Assembly: GCF_000002075.1 (NCBI RefSeq)
Contig: NW_004797280.1
Location: 1,628,701 to 1,691,073 of the forward strand
Direction: 5' to 3'
DNA from: Aplysia californica
Lineage: Eukaryota
DNA length: 62,373 nucleotides
Shown: in pieces, positions 28,501 to 40,500 of the stretch
Layout: each line of letters begins with the position of its first letter
How positions within the stretch are numbered: the stretch's first letter is position 1
Program-made: the position numbers and the translations under genes
Notes under the pieces: generated by a model
Databases searched by the model: none
What the model saw: only the letters and a program-made list of their open reading frames with translations
Told to the model about the DNA's origin: nothing

Positions 28501-31500
28501 GTATACCCAATTCAGGGATGTTCTTTGAGGAAAATTTGTCTGATCTGTGTACAGTGTGAATGGTGCTCTAAAATGGCGCATTTTCTTACACCAAAACTCG
28601 AATCATCTCTGGGGCTTCAGGATTCAATGGGATTTGTCATCTCTGAATAACCTTTTAGAAATAGCTGTGATGTGATGGATGTTATGTGTGCATATGACTT
28701 GTAGTACAGACTTGCAGCCTGCCTAAGGGTATATCTACTACTAATATTATGTACAGTATTATTTTTACCTCTTCAAGGTTAGTTTTGTCTCGTAATTTGA
28801 CGTAGTTTAGTTGTGTGTTAAATTACTCAATGTTGTGTAAACTGAAAATATGTCCATTTTTTTGTTCTCTAAATGATTGTTGTGAGAGCTTTCTATATGA
28901 TAAATCAATATCAGTGTTAGAAAACAGATTGTTTTTACTATAAATTGAACATTATCAAGTATACTCTTAATATTTTTTCAACGCTGTTGTTTTCTATGCA
29001 CAGATTTTGCCTTGCTTAATGCTTACAGTTTTGTTTTAACCGTTTTAAAATGTTATTTTCTTTAATTTTCCCAACTCTTTCTTTGTGTTCAGATTTTATT
29101 TGACCACAGTTTGGTTTACCCTTTTTTTTCCTTCTTGCAATTTTGATTGATTTCCTTTGCCAGTTATGGGCTCCCCAAGATGAACCGCTATCTGTATAGT
29201 GGCGTTTCCTTGTCTCGGTGAGTGTCTTTCCCCTTTCCCCTCCCCTGATTTCCTCTCTTACCCTCAAACCTTTGTGTTTGACCCTTTGCACTCACTTGCC
29301 AAACTGTTTCTTAAGGTGTGGTTGTGGGCGCTATTATGCATTTTAGCTATTTCCAGGCTTAATGGTCATTCTCCCTCAAGGTGGGAGAGGAAGCATGGGG
29401 GTTGGGTTCTTGTTTGTGGGTGGATTGCAGCGTGGTTATGTGACTCATTGTGACCGGGGCAGCGTGATTAGAGTTGTTTGATTAGTGCCAGTTCCAAATG
29501 GCATGTGATCGTGTACTTCTACGTTGATTTTATGTCGTGTATGCTCTTGCTTCATGTGCTCTTTGTGTTTGAACTATGTTGTCTTGTCCTTGAAAGGGTA
29601 CCAATGCTTTTGTTGTTTACCTTGTAGACTTTTGTACTGTGTTACGCCGTGCTTCATGGTCTTATGGGTCAGATGTTTTTGGCTCATCGAGTGTTTATAT
29701 TGTCTTGTTGTCAGTTTGAGCTTTATTCGACTGTTTCAAGACTTGTAACAGTTTAAGTAAATGAACAATGTGACTCTTGGAACATGGAGGGAGGGAATTT
29801 GTAGAGTGAGACTTGTCAGAACTTCATGTTTCTTAAGTTTTTGCATAGGCAGTTGAGATGTTTCCTCAAGTTTTCTTATAGTAAAGGGGACTTAGTTTTG
29901 AAGGTAACTAACTTCAGAACATTCTGCCTTTTAGTAATCAGGATAGAAACTGCTCAAAAGTCAACCCTCACCCATCCAAAGCTTGTCTGATAAATGGATG
30001 GCGACCAGGTACCCATTTCTGTGTACTTGTGACTTTTGATTTTTCCATCCTACTATTAACCTACTCTAAGACAATTCCATTCCAATCATTTCCAGAATTT
30101 TTATTAATTAGAAAAATTATTTTATCTAAAGTGCAGGAACCCAAAATGATTTTTCGACTAATAGTTTCCAAATCATAATTTCGGTGCTTGAGTAGATGTG
30201 TTGGGAAACTTTCTAGGGAGGGGTGGAGCATAGAGAAATGAAGATCTGATGGTCCTCCGGAATCATTTCATTACTGTGATGGAGATGGGAGGAATCCATA
30301 GATTTATTCTAAGAAATACAAATGGGCATCTTTTTGTCACTCGTCAACTTTCATTGCAGAGGACACACATAGGATTGATACAATGTCGTGTGAAAAGTAT
30401 CCCTGTTTGGTATTGTTATTGATTTCAATGAGGAGTTTGGACGTAGAATCAAGTTCATGTACTGGCAATACTGGCAACATAATTGTGAAGTATCTATGCT
30501 GTGGTGATGGTCTTCGCTTCCCAGCATTGCTTTTTTTGTTACTCTTTAATTGTGAATTTTGTATTTGATCTGTAAAGTTGCAGTGAACTTATTATACTTG
30601 TCAGTCATGCCTGTCCATGACTGAAGTATTGTCTAAGTGAAGTTACTTTAAAAATGTTTAGTGACAACTTTTCTGATGTGCATTTCCTTTCTGCGCCTTT
30701 TTTTTTTTAAGTCTGCAATTATATTGCAGAAACACTCTGTCTTTTCCGTAATGAATGGTCTTTGCGTGTCAAGTGCCCTATGTTTCACTTTGCATAGGGT
30801 TAATTTTTGTAGCCATGCTACTCTCCCATTGCTTTTTCTTGTTCTTTCATGTAACTGATGCATATAAGCTTCACAGGTCCCTGAACCTATTTGGTCACTG
30901 AACACATTTTAAAAAAACCAACTATTGTGTGTTCAGTTGACACCAGATTTCTACTTAATTATTAAGGACTAGCAATGACTGGTGGAGGTTAGGATTGTCA
31001 TGTTGTTTTGGCATGACAGGGTTGGTATCGGAGTTTGTTGAACTTCATTGATCTTCTAATCGTTTTAAGGAAAGGGCCTTTGCTGCACCCTGGGGGTATA
31101 TTTTGAGGATGAGTACACTGCATTGAAAAAACATTTCAGACTTTTAAAGAGAAGTATGAGTTTAAAATCAGAGTATTTAGTGGAAATAATGTTATTCTGA
31201 ATTTGTCTAATGGCTGCGTAATCTTGTTTATAAGCATTATCTTGATAGAAAACTGAAAGAGCATTTTGTAAAATATGTATGTCGATTTTCTCACTCGGTT
31301 TAAATGAGTGTGGCTCTAAGAAAACCAAATAGAAGGTGCAGATGGGATTTGTGAGATTCCTTTAAAAGTAGAAAGGGATTCCATCTCTATTTGAAAGTAG
31401 GTTTTATGAAAGATGGAAAAATAGCCCTCTTCTTAGATTTTGATTTTTAAGGATTTTGTTTAAATGTTGTTCTATTATTTTTTAAAAACCCCTTGACTGC

Positions 31501-34500
31501 TAACCATAAGTCCACCGTGTGTGCTAAGAAAATTTCCACAGTGGCTGTGTATGACATGGTCTGCTTTTTTAATGGCAATAGCTCGCTTACTATAAGCACT
31601 AGATACAGCAAAGTATATGTCAAATAAAAGAGAAATTAACGTGCAATCCACTGGTGTTACTCATTTTTAGGTATAAGTATTCTGGAGAAGAATCTGGCAG
31701 GTGAATGTGAGATTTAAAAAAATTCCATCTCCGTATTCGAGATCTCAGTCGGGTCTCGGATATTAGATTTATGACAAAAACCTCCTTTAGATGAATTGAA
31801 ATGTGCATAGTCATTGTCAGTATCTCGATAAATTTCTGCAATAACCTGATCCATAGACCTAGTCAACTTTTGCGAAGCCATCGTGGCGAATGTAGACTGC
31901 ACGCCAAAACTTCAGAGAGACAGACTGACTTAGTTATTTAAGCACAACACACAACACACAACACACCATGTCTCTTTGTTTCAGCTACTACATTCGAATC
32001 TCTGGACTAATAGCCAAAAAATAGGCATGATCACATCGTCAAGTGGAGAGAATACAGGGATGTAACTCTTGTTACTCAAAACTGTGTGGAAGTGAAGATG
32101 TGCATAAAACAAAACAGGGGGTTTTCAGGCGTACCAGGCGTACCATGTATGCCTACAGTGCACACGGGACTGAATTGTTACGGCGTACCAGGTACGCCCA
32201 CAGAGCAGGCAAGGGGTTAAAGAGATTATTTCGGTGACATACGGTGGCCAACATTCTAAAATCTAAAAAATTTTTACTCATTACTTTAGAGACTTATTTT
32301 CACATACACCCCCTACCAATGTAAAGGAAATTTATTGCTTTTCCAGTGAAATCTAGTGGGCATGGATATTTTAGCAGCAGCAAAGGACAACAACTGTGCA
32401 ACGTTTGTTTCACTCGTCATAAAAAATTTTGAAAGCTATTTTCTCAAAGCTTATCCTTTGGACCCCTTCCCTTTAAAGTGCTATAACTTTTTACAAAATG
32501 CTTTAGTTGCAGGGAAATGGATGCCGAAAGGCTACAGTAAGATGAACTCTCTGAAATGTGGAAAAACGGTCTGTTTTGAAACCGTTCACCTTTCAACAGG
32601 TTTTTAAAAATCATGTTCCATTGGTAATGAAGTTCATTTTGGGTGTTGAGTATCATGTTTTAAACTCTGGCGTTTTGTTTGGTGACAGAGACAACCTCTG
32701 AGAGCTTGAGACGTAAAAGATGCCTTTCATTGTGCTTCAGCGTATCCTATGTTATTTTATGGAGCGTCAGGTTTGGTGGGAAGCTTCTAACCTACTTGTT
32801 TGTGTGTAGTGTTGAAATTGTTTTCTTTATTGTTCCAGGGTGCACTCTGACCCCTCCCTGCACATGAATGCAATGGGCGGAAATACAGCAAATAAAAATT
32901 ATACGCATCCCCCCGTGACACCACCGTCCCATCGCCGTAGTAAGTACCACTGTGATGTGTTATATTTATGTGTTGGGAAAGAACATATCGTCGCTGTTGC
33001 AAGCAATTCTCTTTAGTTCAAAATTTGAGAATTTTTAGATTTTTACATACACCTTTCCAAAGCTTATCAAAGATGCGACTTTCAATGTCGCATACGTTAA
33101 CTCGGGTAATGATTTCCTTTCTTTCAGGATTTGGTTTGTATCATCTGACTTTTTGTGTATCAGTGACGTTTACTTGATTCCTGTTTTCCTCCTTGTGCTC
33201 CACGGGAATTAATTACCTATATTTTACTGAGGGTCTGACTTATGGAGATTTGTAATAGCCGGAATCTGAGGCTGTCTCAAAGCGAGGCAATGTGCTTGGC
33301 TTTGTGATGGTTCCTGATGCTGTCTGGATAATATTTGGATTAGTTTTTTGTCGTATGTTTCAATTTCAAAGGGGGCATTCAAAGGGCTGTTGGCATGCTC
33401 TTCAGCCAGTCGTGACTTTGAACCATAAGCAGTGATTCATTTGTGTTTGTCCTTACAGTTGTAGAGATGGTTGGAGAGAATGCAGGGGACAGCCTCCAGT
33501 TAAATTTCTGGGATTCTAAGAAAATGGGACCATCGAGGCCAAAGTCTTGTGAGGTTCCCAATATCAAGTAAGTGACAATAAGTTATACAATGTGTGAAAA
33601 ATATATTGATGTGCAACACAACTGTTTAACTCATTTTCGCCCATTAACGATACATCAGCACAGGCTCTATACTCATACTTTATTTAGTTCATAAATGCTT
33701 GATCCATAATTTTAAGTTTTGATATAAACAAATTTCAAAAGTAGAAACTTCCTGCAACAAAATATAGTGTCTATAACTACGTAAGTGGGTGGAAAGTTGA
33801 AATTGTTGAAATATTTTGTGTGGTGTGTTTGTGAAACCAAAAAATGAAAGATGATCACTCCTATTTCTAGTTCAAGCTATTTTTTCTGGGCCTGGTAGTA
33901 AACGACCCTATGGGTATATAACTTGTAAAACAGACTAGGGAATTTTTATTTAGTCAGCTTGAGGACAGAGATGATATTGTCTTAGAATCCTTAGCTTTAG
34001 ATTCTAATTTGGGTGATTATTGAATCGAGAATGCGAAGCGCGAAAGACATGATTCAACAATGACAGCAAAGAGGATAGTTGGAGATAGGGAAGTGAGTGA
34101 ATATGTTTGGAAATGAAAGGGAAAGAAAGCCAAGAGAAGTGAAAATCAAGAGGATAATGATCTAGATCTAGGTCTAAATCTAAATCTAGACTTGGACAAG
34201 CAAGTGCAACTTGGGCAAATTCTGATTCATTGCAACTTTTGGTATTGTCACAGTGATGTTACAAAATTGATAATAAAATCTGCTAGAATTGCACAATGTC
34301 ATACCTTTTTGCATGATTATGCAGGGAATTGAATGTAACATTCATTTTATAAGCGTAGGAATCTTTTTTTGAAATACAAATTTTATTATTGATATTTAAA
34401 GTCGAAAATTTAGTCTGTCTTTTTATTAGCTCCCATGTCCTTCCCAACATACATACTTATCATTCACGATCGGATGCACAGAGAAAATTGGTGAAAGCTG

Positions 34501-37500
34501 GTATAAAAATGGGCAGGGAATGAGTTAATAAATGTGGGGTGATGAGAGGGGGGTGTTTGTCTTTGTCATCAAATGTTATTCTTAATTCATGACGGACCAA
34601 TTTTTATTTAGTTTCCTAAAAGGTAGATCTCATAATGTACTTAAAAGATTTGACAATATGTGCACAAACCGTACTAGGAACAGATTGAGCTCCTTGTAAT
34701 TCCTTGCATTGTTTGGACTTTCATGGGTCTTGAGCTGTGTTCAAAGTCCACTAAAATGTTCACAGACTATTTTCTTCTTTAAATTGGTCTCAATTTTTTG
34801 GGGGGTCCTGAGGAAGTTGAGTACCTCTGTGTATGACTTATTTAAGTGTACCTGAACGATCAGGATACATTTTTACCAAGGTACGTCGTCAGCTCGCATG
34901 TTTAGTTAAATATGATTGAAATCTTTGTTTTCAAAAGTTGTTTACTTACAAGTATGTCTACTCACATGTTGGCTGTGTTGTTTTCCAGCATTTACCCCAG
35001 CCAGGAGCAGGAGGGCAGCAGCTCACAAGGGGGTGGTGCCATCATCCCGATGACGGCCAACAATACAGGCTCCCTGCCTGACCTGTCTGTGCTGCAGTTT
35101 CCCTCCCCACTGGTCACACCCCTGGACCAGGAGGACCCCTACAATACGGCCAATGCTGTGGCTGGCGTGGCCAATCAGGGCAACAGCCCTGTGAGTCTAA
35201 GCCCCACCAGTCCGCGACATATGCCAGGCATGGCCCACTCGAGCCCGCAGAGCCCTAATCAGCGCCGCCGCCAGCCAGGAGGCATGGCTCTTCCCAGCCC
35301 GCTGGTGTTGAATCAGATGGGAGGCCCACCCTCGCCCGTGAGTACACCCTTATATTGCCATCTTCCTTTTGATTCTCATTCTTGTTGTTTTTATTGTTGT
35401 CCTGCTTGAATACGTGGAAATTGTTCAGGGATTTATATTGCCAGTTTACAAGACATGGGAAGTTTCTTGTTTTATAATGCTTTTGCCAATAGCATTGGTA
35501 TTTTTTGTAATGTGCAGGGTATCAATTCAATTTAAAAGGGGCCATTCAGATTATTGTAAGCGCGATTTATTTTGACTGATTGTTGAAGAAGAGTAAACTG
35601 TAAATGTTGCAATGTCAAGCATTCTGAATAGGTTTTGTTGCTTATATAGGGCAATCTGATTTGAGAAGTGAGGAGTGAAGGGCTGTTTATGTGCAGTAGG
35701 TTTTGTTTTTATTCACATTTGTTCGAGTATTGCTTTTTTTTTTTTCATTCAAGTAGTGATCACTACACCATTTTTTCCAGTTGCAATTTTTGTGTGATTT
35801 AGTATTACGTAGCTTAATGTTAAGTTACCGAAACATTTCCTTTCACAATTATGAGTTCGTACATGTACACAAATATTCCTTTAGATATTGAAATTTGATG
35901 AAACAACTATTGTGACATATATTTTCATACTTCTAAGTAAATTTAATCATTACTATATTGCAAACAGAATGTTGATAATAATTTTTGTTTCAACATGGGA
36001 GAGTTTTGAGGATCTTATTAGATTTGAAACTAAAGTGCTGTCTAAATTTGTCACAGCAGTTAGATGTGTTAGAAAAGTTTTATCTTATGTACCTAATTAG
36101 CTTTATGCTCTGCCTCATATTTTTGAAGAAATTTTCTTGAGAGATATTGAACAGCAAAACAAGAATTTAAAACCAACCTGGATGGAGAATCACCATCTGT
36201 TATTTGTTTCAGTTGTTGCTTTACTGCTTTGTAGTGTAGATATAGATTTAAATGTTGCTACCCCCCCCCCCCCCTCCTTATTCATGATATGCATTTTATG
36301 ATTTTGGGGGGGGGGGGATTTGTCTCCCAGGAAATGTATATATTTTTTTTTTCGCCGAGAGATTGTTTTATGGTCAAAGTTGCGAAATCTGTGGATGTTG
36401 AAAGTTGTTCAGTGACCTGTTGTATGCACCACACATTGTTCTTTTTGATGTCCTATTGTCCTTGGCTGTAGAGAGTGTGTTAAGTAGTTACGCTTAAGTG
36501 GACCAGCTTGTTTAGGCCATCACAGATTTTTACCCTTGGCCAGACTGCAAAATGTTCCTTTCTGTGATATGAAGATCAGTTGGATTAGCTGTATCTAACT
36601 GTTATGCTTTAAATAAAGATGTGGAACTTCTACTTTTAGTAGTAATACGATAATAGACATCATCGTCTTCAGTGTTGAATGGGCAGTTACATGTAGATCA
36701 GTTTGGTATGTTTGGTTTCAGTTAATTTTTTTTTAACCATTGATTGTGCACATCATTTTAAAAATATTTTTTTAAGAAGGCTTTTGGCTCATTTGTTTAC
36801 TTGCAAGCATCAACAGATTTTTAGTTTTTTAGTAGAGGTTTTAAGGCACTCGCAACTACATACGATCATATGAGTGCCAGAAGATTAGAGGTGTTACAAG
36901 AGAGTAATAAACATAAAGAAGTAGGGGAGATAAGGAAGATAGATGTTTGATGGGAAAGAAGAAGCAAACCACACCAGAACACCCGCCAACCACCCACTTC
37001 AACAGGTTTTCTGTAACAAATAATCACTGCATTAAAACAGGAAATGAAAAATCTCTTCTGCAGCAAAATTATTTTTTGTTTACCCTCTTACAACTGCAGT
37101 GACATAAAATAAATTAATATTGAGCCATTTTATTAACTTTGACTGACTCTTTAACTAACGTTGCTTCTGAAAATGTGTAGGATATATGTGTGATTCTGAG
37201 AAAACCTTTGAGAAAGTGCAAAAAGCTGTTTTGTGATATCATAAAAAATAGGTAGGACTGATTTTTTAAATGAAAATGAGAAAGATGAAAACCTTTCTAA
37301 ATTTGAATTTGAAAGAATTTTGCTGAAATTAACATTTAGTTGAAGACTTATGAGGGCTGCCTATTTCTACAGATTTTTCCAGTAGTTACTGATTTTGGAC
37401 CTGTTCTCCCGCCATACCGATAAAGGTATCAAAACTTCTGGATTTGCGATGGGCACTGAAAGTAAAAGAAAAATAAAATGGCTCGTTCTGTAGTGCTTCC

Positions 37501-40500
37501 AATTTTCCTTATTTACGGAAATCTGTACATTCTGAATGTTACTCACCTGACACATCATCGTATCAACTTCATCAGTTGAAATAAAAGAGAGAGAGAGAAT
37601 CAAAGGATCCGTACTTGCTTCCGTAACTTCTCAGATATTTATGGTTACCCTCGGCAATGAGTTAATAGAAACCTGACAGGGTGTGCATTAGGTACACTCT
37701 ACCGTTGTCCGGCTAGGCCTGTGCATCTGTTGCGAGTTGTTGGCAATACATTTTCACATGCAAATCGGCTAAAATCTGACTAGATACACAGCTAATCTTT
37801 TCTCTGCATTTCATTCACTTATTCTTTTTGTCTATCTTCGGGATTTTGCTGCGGCTGGAAAATCTGTGCCTTGATTTTTTTTTTAATGGTTTGGGAATGT
37901 AGAATGAAAATTAAAATCAGAAAGAAACTTTTTCAAATCTGTCTAGATTTTGAGAAATTATCAGTATGGGGATTCTACAGCAGCAGGATAAGGCCACGGT
38001 GCAAGAAATTCATGCTAAAATATAAAAAACAAAGGAAATATGGAAGTGGTGCTCTGAGGTGATATTTGACAATCGAACTTGTAAATGGGGGAAAATTAGA
38101 ATACAGGCTCCGTGATTGTGTTGTCAAGACTTATATATGCCTGCTGTCAGTGGTGTGCTGACAAATTGAATAGTGACAATGGAAAAAGGACATTTTTCTA
38201 CCCTCGAAAAGTAGTAAATTAAAATTTCTTCTGGGGCTTTTCTCCCAGAACCCTCACTGGACCTTGCTGGGGGGCCTGTGATTGAGATTGAGAGAAAAAA
38301 AATCAATCTTTTTTTAGGTGGACAAAAACTGCTTAACGGGATACCAGAGGATAAGATCTGGAAACCAAGTTCTATGATTAGAGCGCTGTGCGTGCAGCAG
38401 GGTGCCTCTTTGTATGATGTCTTGTGTGTAGGCTATACGCAATGATAGCTACCCCCCAGGGTGGTACTACTGACTGAAGTGTCTTAAGGTCATTCCCAAA
38501 GGGGGGACATTAAACATGTTCTTATGCACAGTAGAATTGTAATTGTTAATGGGCTGATTCATCAATGTCATGCTCTGAACTGCAACTGCCTGAACTGCAA
38601 CAGGGAACTGCAGCTTTTTCTTTCCTAATCCTTACAAACGCCTTTTTCATCTACTTCTTTTGTATGTTTGTCACTCTATTTACGGGGTGCCTTAATAGTC
38701 GAAGCAGACTTTGTGTTGTTGAAGCCAGAGAGGTGAGCAGAGTAAGCCTGATTCCCTGTAAGGGCTTCTCTGTTGACATCCACCCCTTGGCGCTCATATG
38801 ACCTTATGCAGTTGCGAGCGCCGTAAAACCTCTACTAACACCCCCCGGGGCAGTGCCACTGACTGTAGTCTTTAGGCCATTCCCAAAGGGGGGGACATTT
38901 CTCGTTCAAGCATAGTAGAATTATAAATGGGCTGACTCATGTCACGCTCATAACTGTGCCTGATCTACAACAGGGAACTGCTGCTTTTTCTTTCCTGACC
39001 CTTACTATTGTTGTTTTCCTCTACTTCTTTTGTATGTTTGTCACTCTCTTGTGACCTGCTATTTTGGGGTGCCTTGATAGTCGAAGCAGACCATGTGCTG
39101 TTGAAGCTAGAGAGGGGAGCAGTCTAACTTAGTCTAAGTCTAATTCCCTGTAAAGACTTCTCTGTTGACACCCACCCCTTGGCGCTCATATGACCTTATG
39201 CAGTTGTGAGCGCCGTAAAACCCTCTAATATAAAAAAAAACAACCCTACTAAAACAAACAAAAACTCAATGATAGCCTTTTCACTATGAAAACACCAGTT
39301 TTTAAAATATTTTGCATTTTTTAAATCCAATAATTAATGTACGATGCAGTGACTGCCAGATTTTCCAGCATCACAACGTCCCACATTCTCATAGTCCTTC
39401 AAACTCAGTACTTGCTATCTTCCATTGTCACTTTTTAAAAATCGTTTGTGATATATGCATACAATAATATTAAATGAAAGGATATTTTTACTGCTTCTAA
39501 GGGGAAAATTCTATGTACATGATCGCATTATGTGAAGAAAAAAAAATGGATCATTTCGTTTGCTCTTTATTCAGTCCTGTCATGGAAATAAAATAATTTT
39601 CTTTAAAAAGTTTCTGATGTTCAAGAAAAATGTTTTATTTAGAGTATGCTAGCAAGTCTCTTGAAAATGTATGTGTGACATTGTGATGAAGTCAGGCGCT
39701 CGTTGTGAAATCGAGGAAACTGGCATTTTCCCATCCAGAGGACAATTTTTAAAGAATTTTTTGTTTTGGGTTCAACACTTTTTATGTCCATTTAGAAATG
39801 CATTTCTGCGTTTATTTTACTGAACAATGTTGATCAAAGGCACAAAAAAATGTAAATTTGCAGTTTCTAAAGTCACAGCAGCTTTAAAAGTTACGAAATT
39901 TCGGCAGCCATTTTCTTGCTAATTTTATGTCTGAAATCAGGTGATCCCCCACCTCCTTTAATTGCAAGTAACTCGACTTCTTTTCAAGACAATGGGTAAT
40001 TTTTCATCAAAAGCAAAAGAACTGAACAAGCTTTAAGATTATACCAATAATGCGACACGTACCTGCGATAGATTTTCTCAGAATCACATTTTTTAAAAAG
40101 TCTAGTACATTCCTTAAAAAATGCTCGTGTCTTATACGGGGTGCCCACTACGGCTGGATCGGGCAGTTCCTCCGACTCGATCGCCTGAAACTGAAAACAA
40201 ACACGTTTGTTTTTGAGTCGGTCGATCAACCCGATCGGCCGATCCCATCCGTAGGTGTTGGAAGTGATAGCTTGTGAATTGTTTTGTATAAAGTGAAAGA
40301 AGGTATCACATACATGCTATTGATTTGATTTTTTTTTTTTTCATGTGAAAACTACTTGATCGAAACAGGTTTAAAGTTATCAGCAGTGGCTTTGGAAGAG
40401 GGAAGCATGTGCTTTCTAGTTGACTTTTAATGAACTCATTTCTGTTAAATCCACACTTTTTCCTTAGATTTAGAATTTTTTTTTGTCATTTCTTTCTTTT

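Noticed and set aside
38450-39266. Retrozyme (hammerhead) interpretation of the tandem units
   Set aside because: No CTGANGA/GAAA core found by eye on either strand; target-site duplications and a LINE-type tail point to ordinary TPRT insertion.
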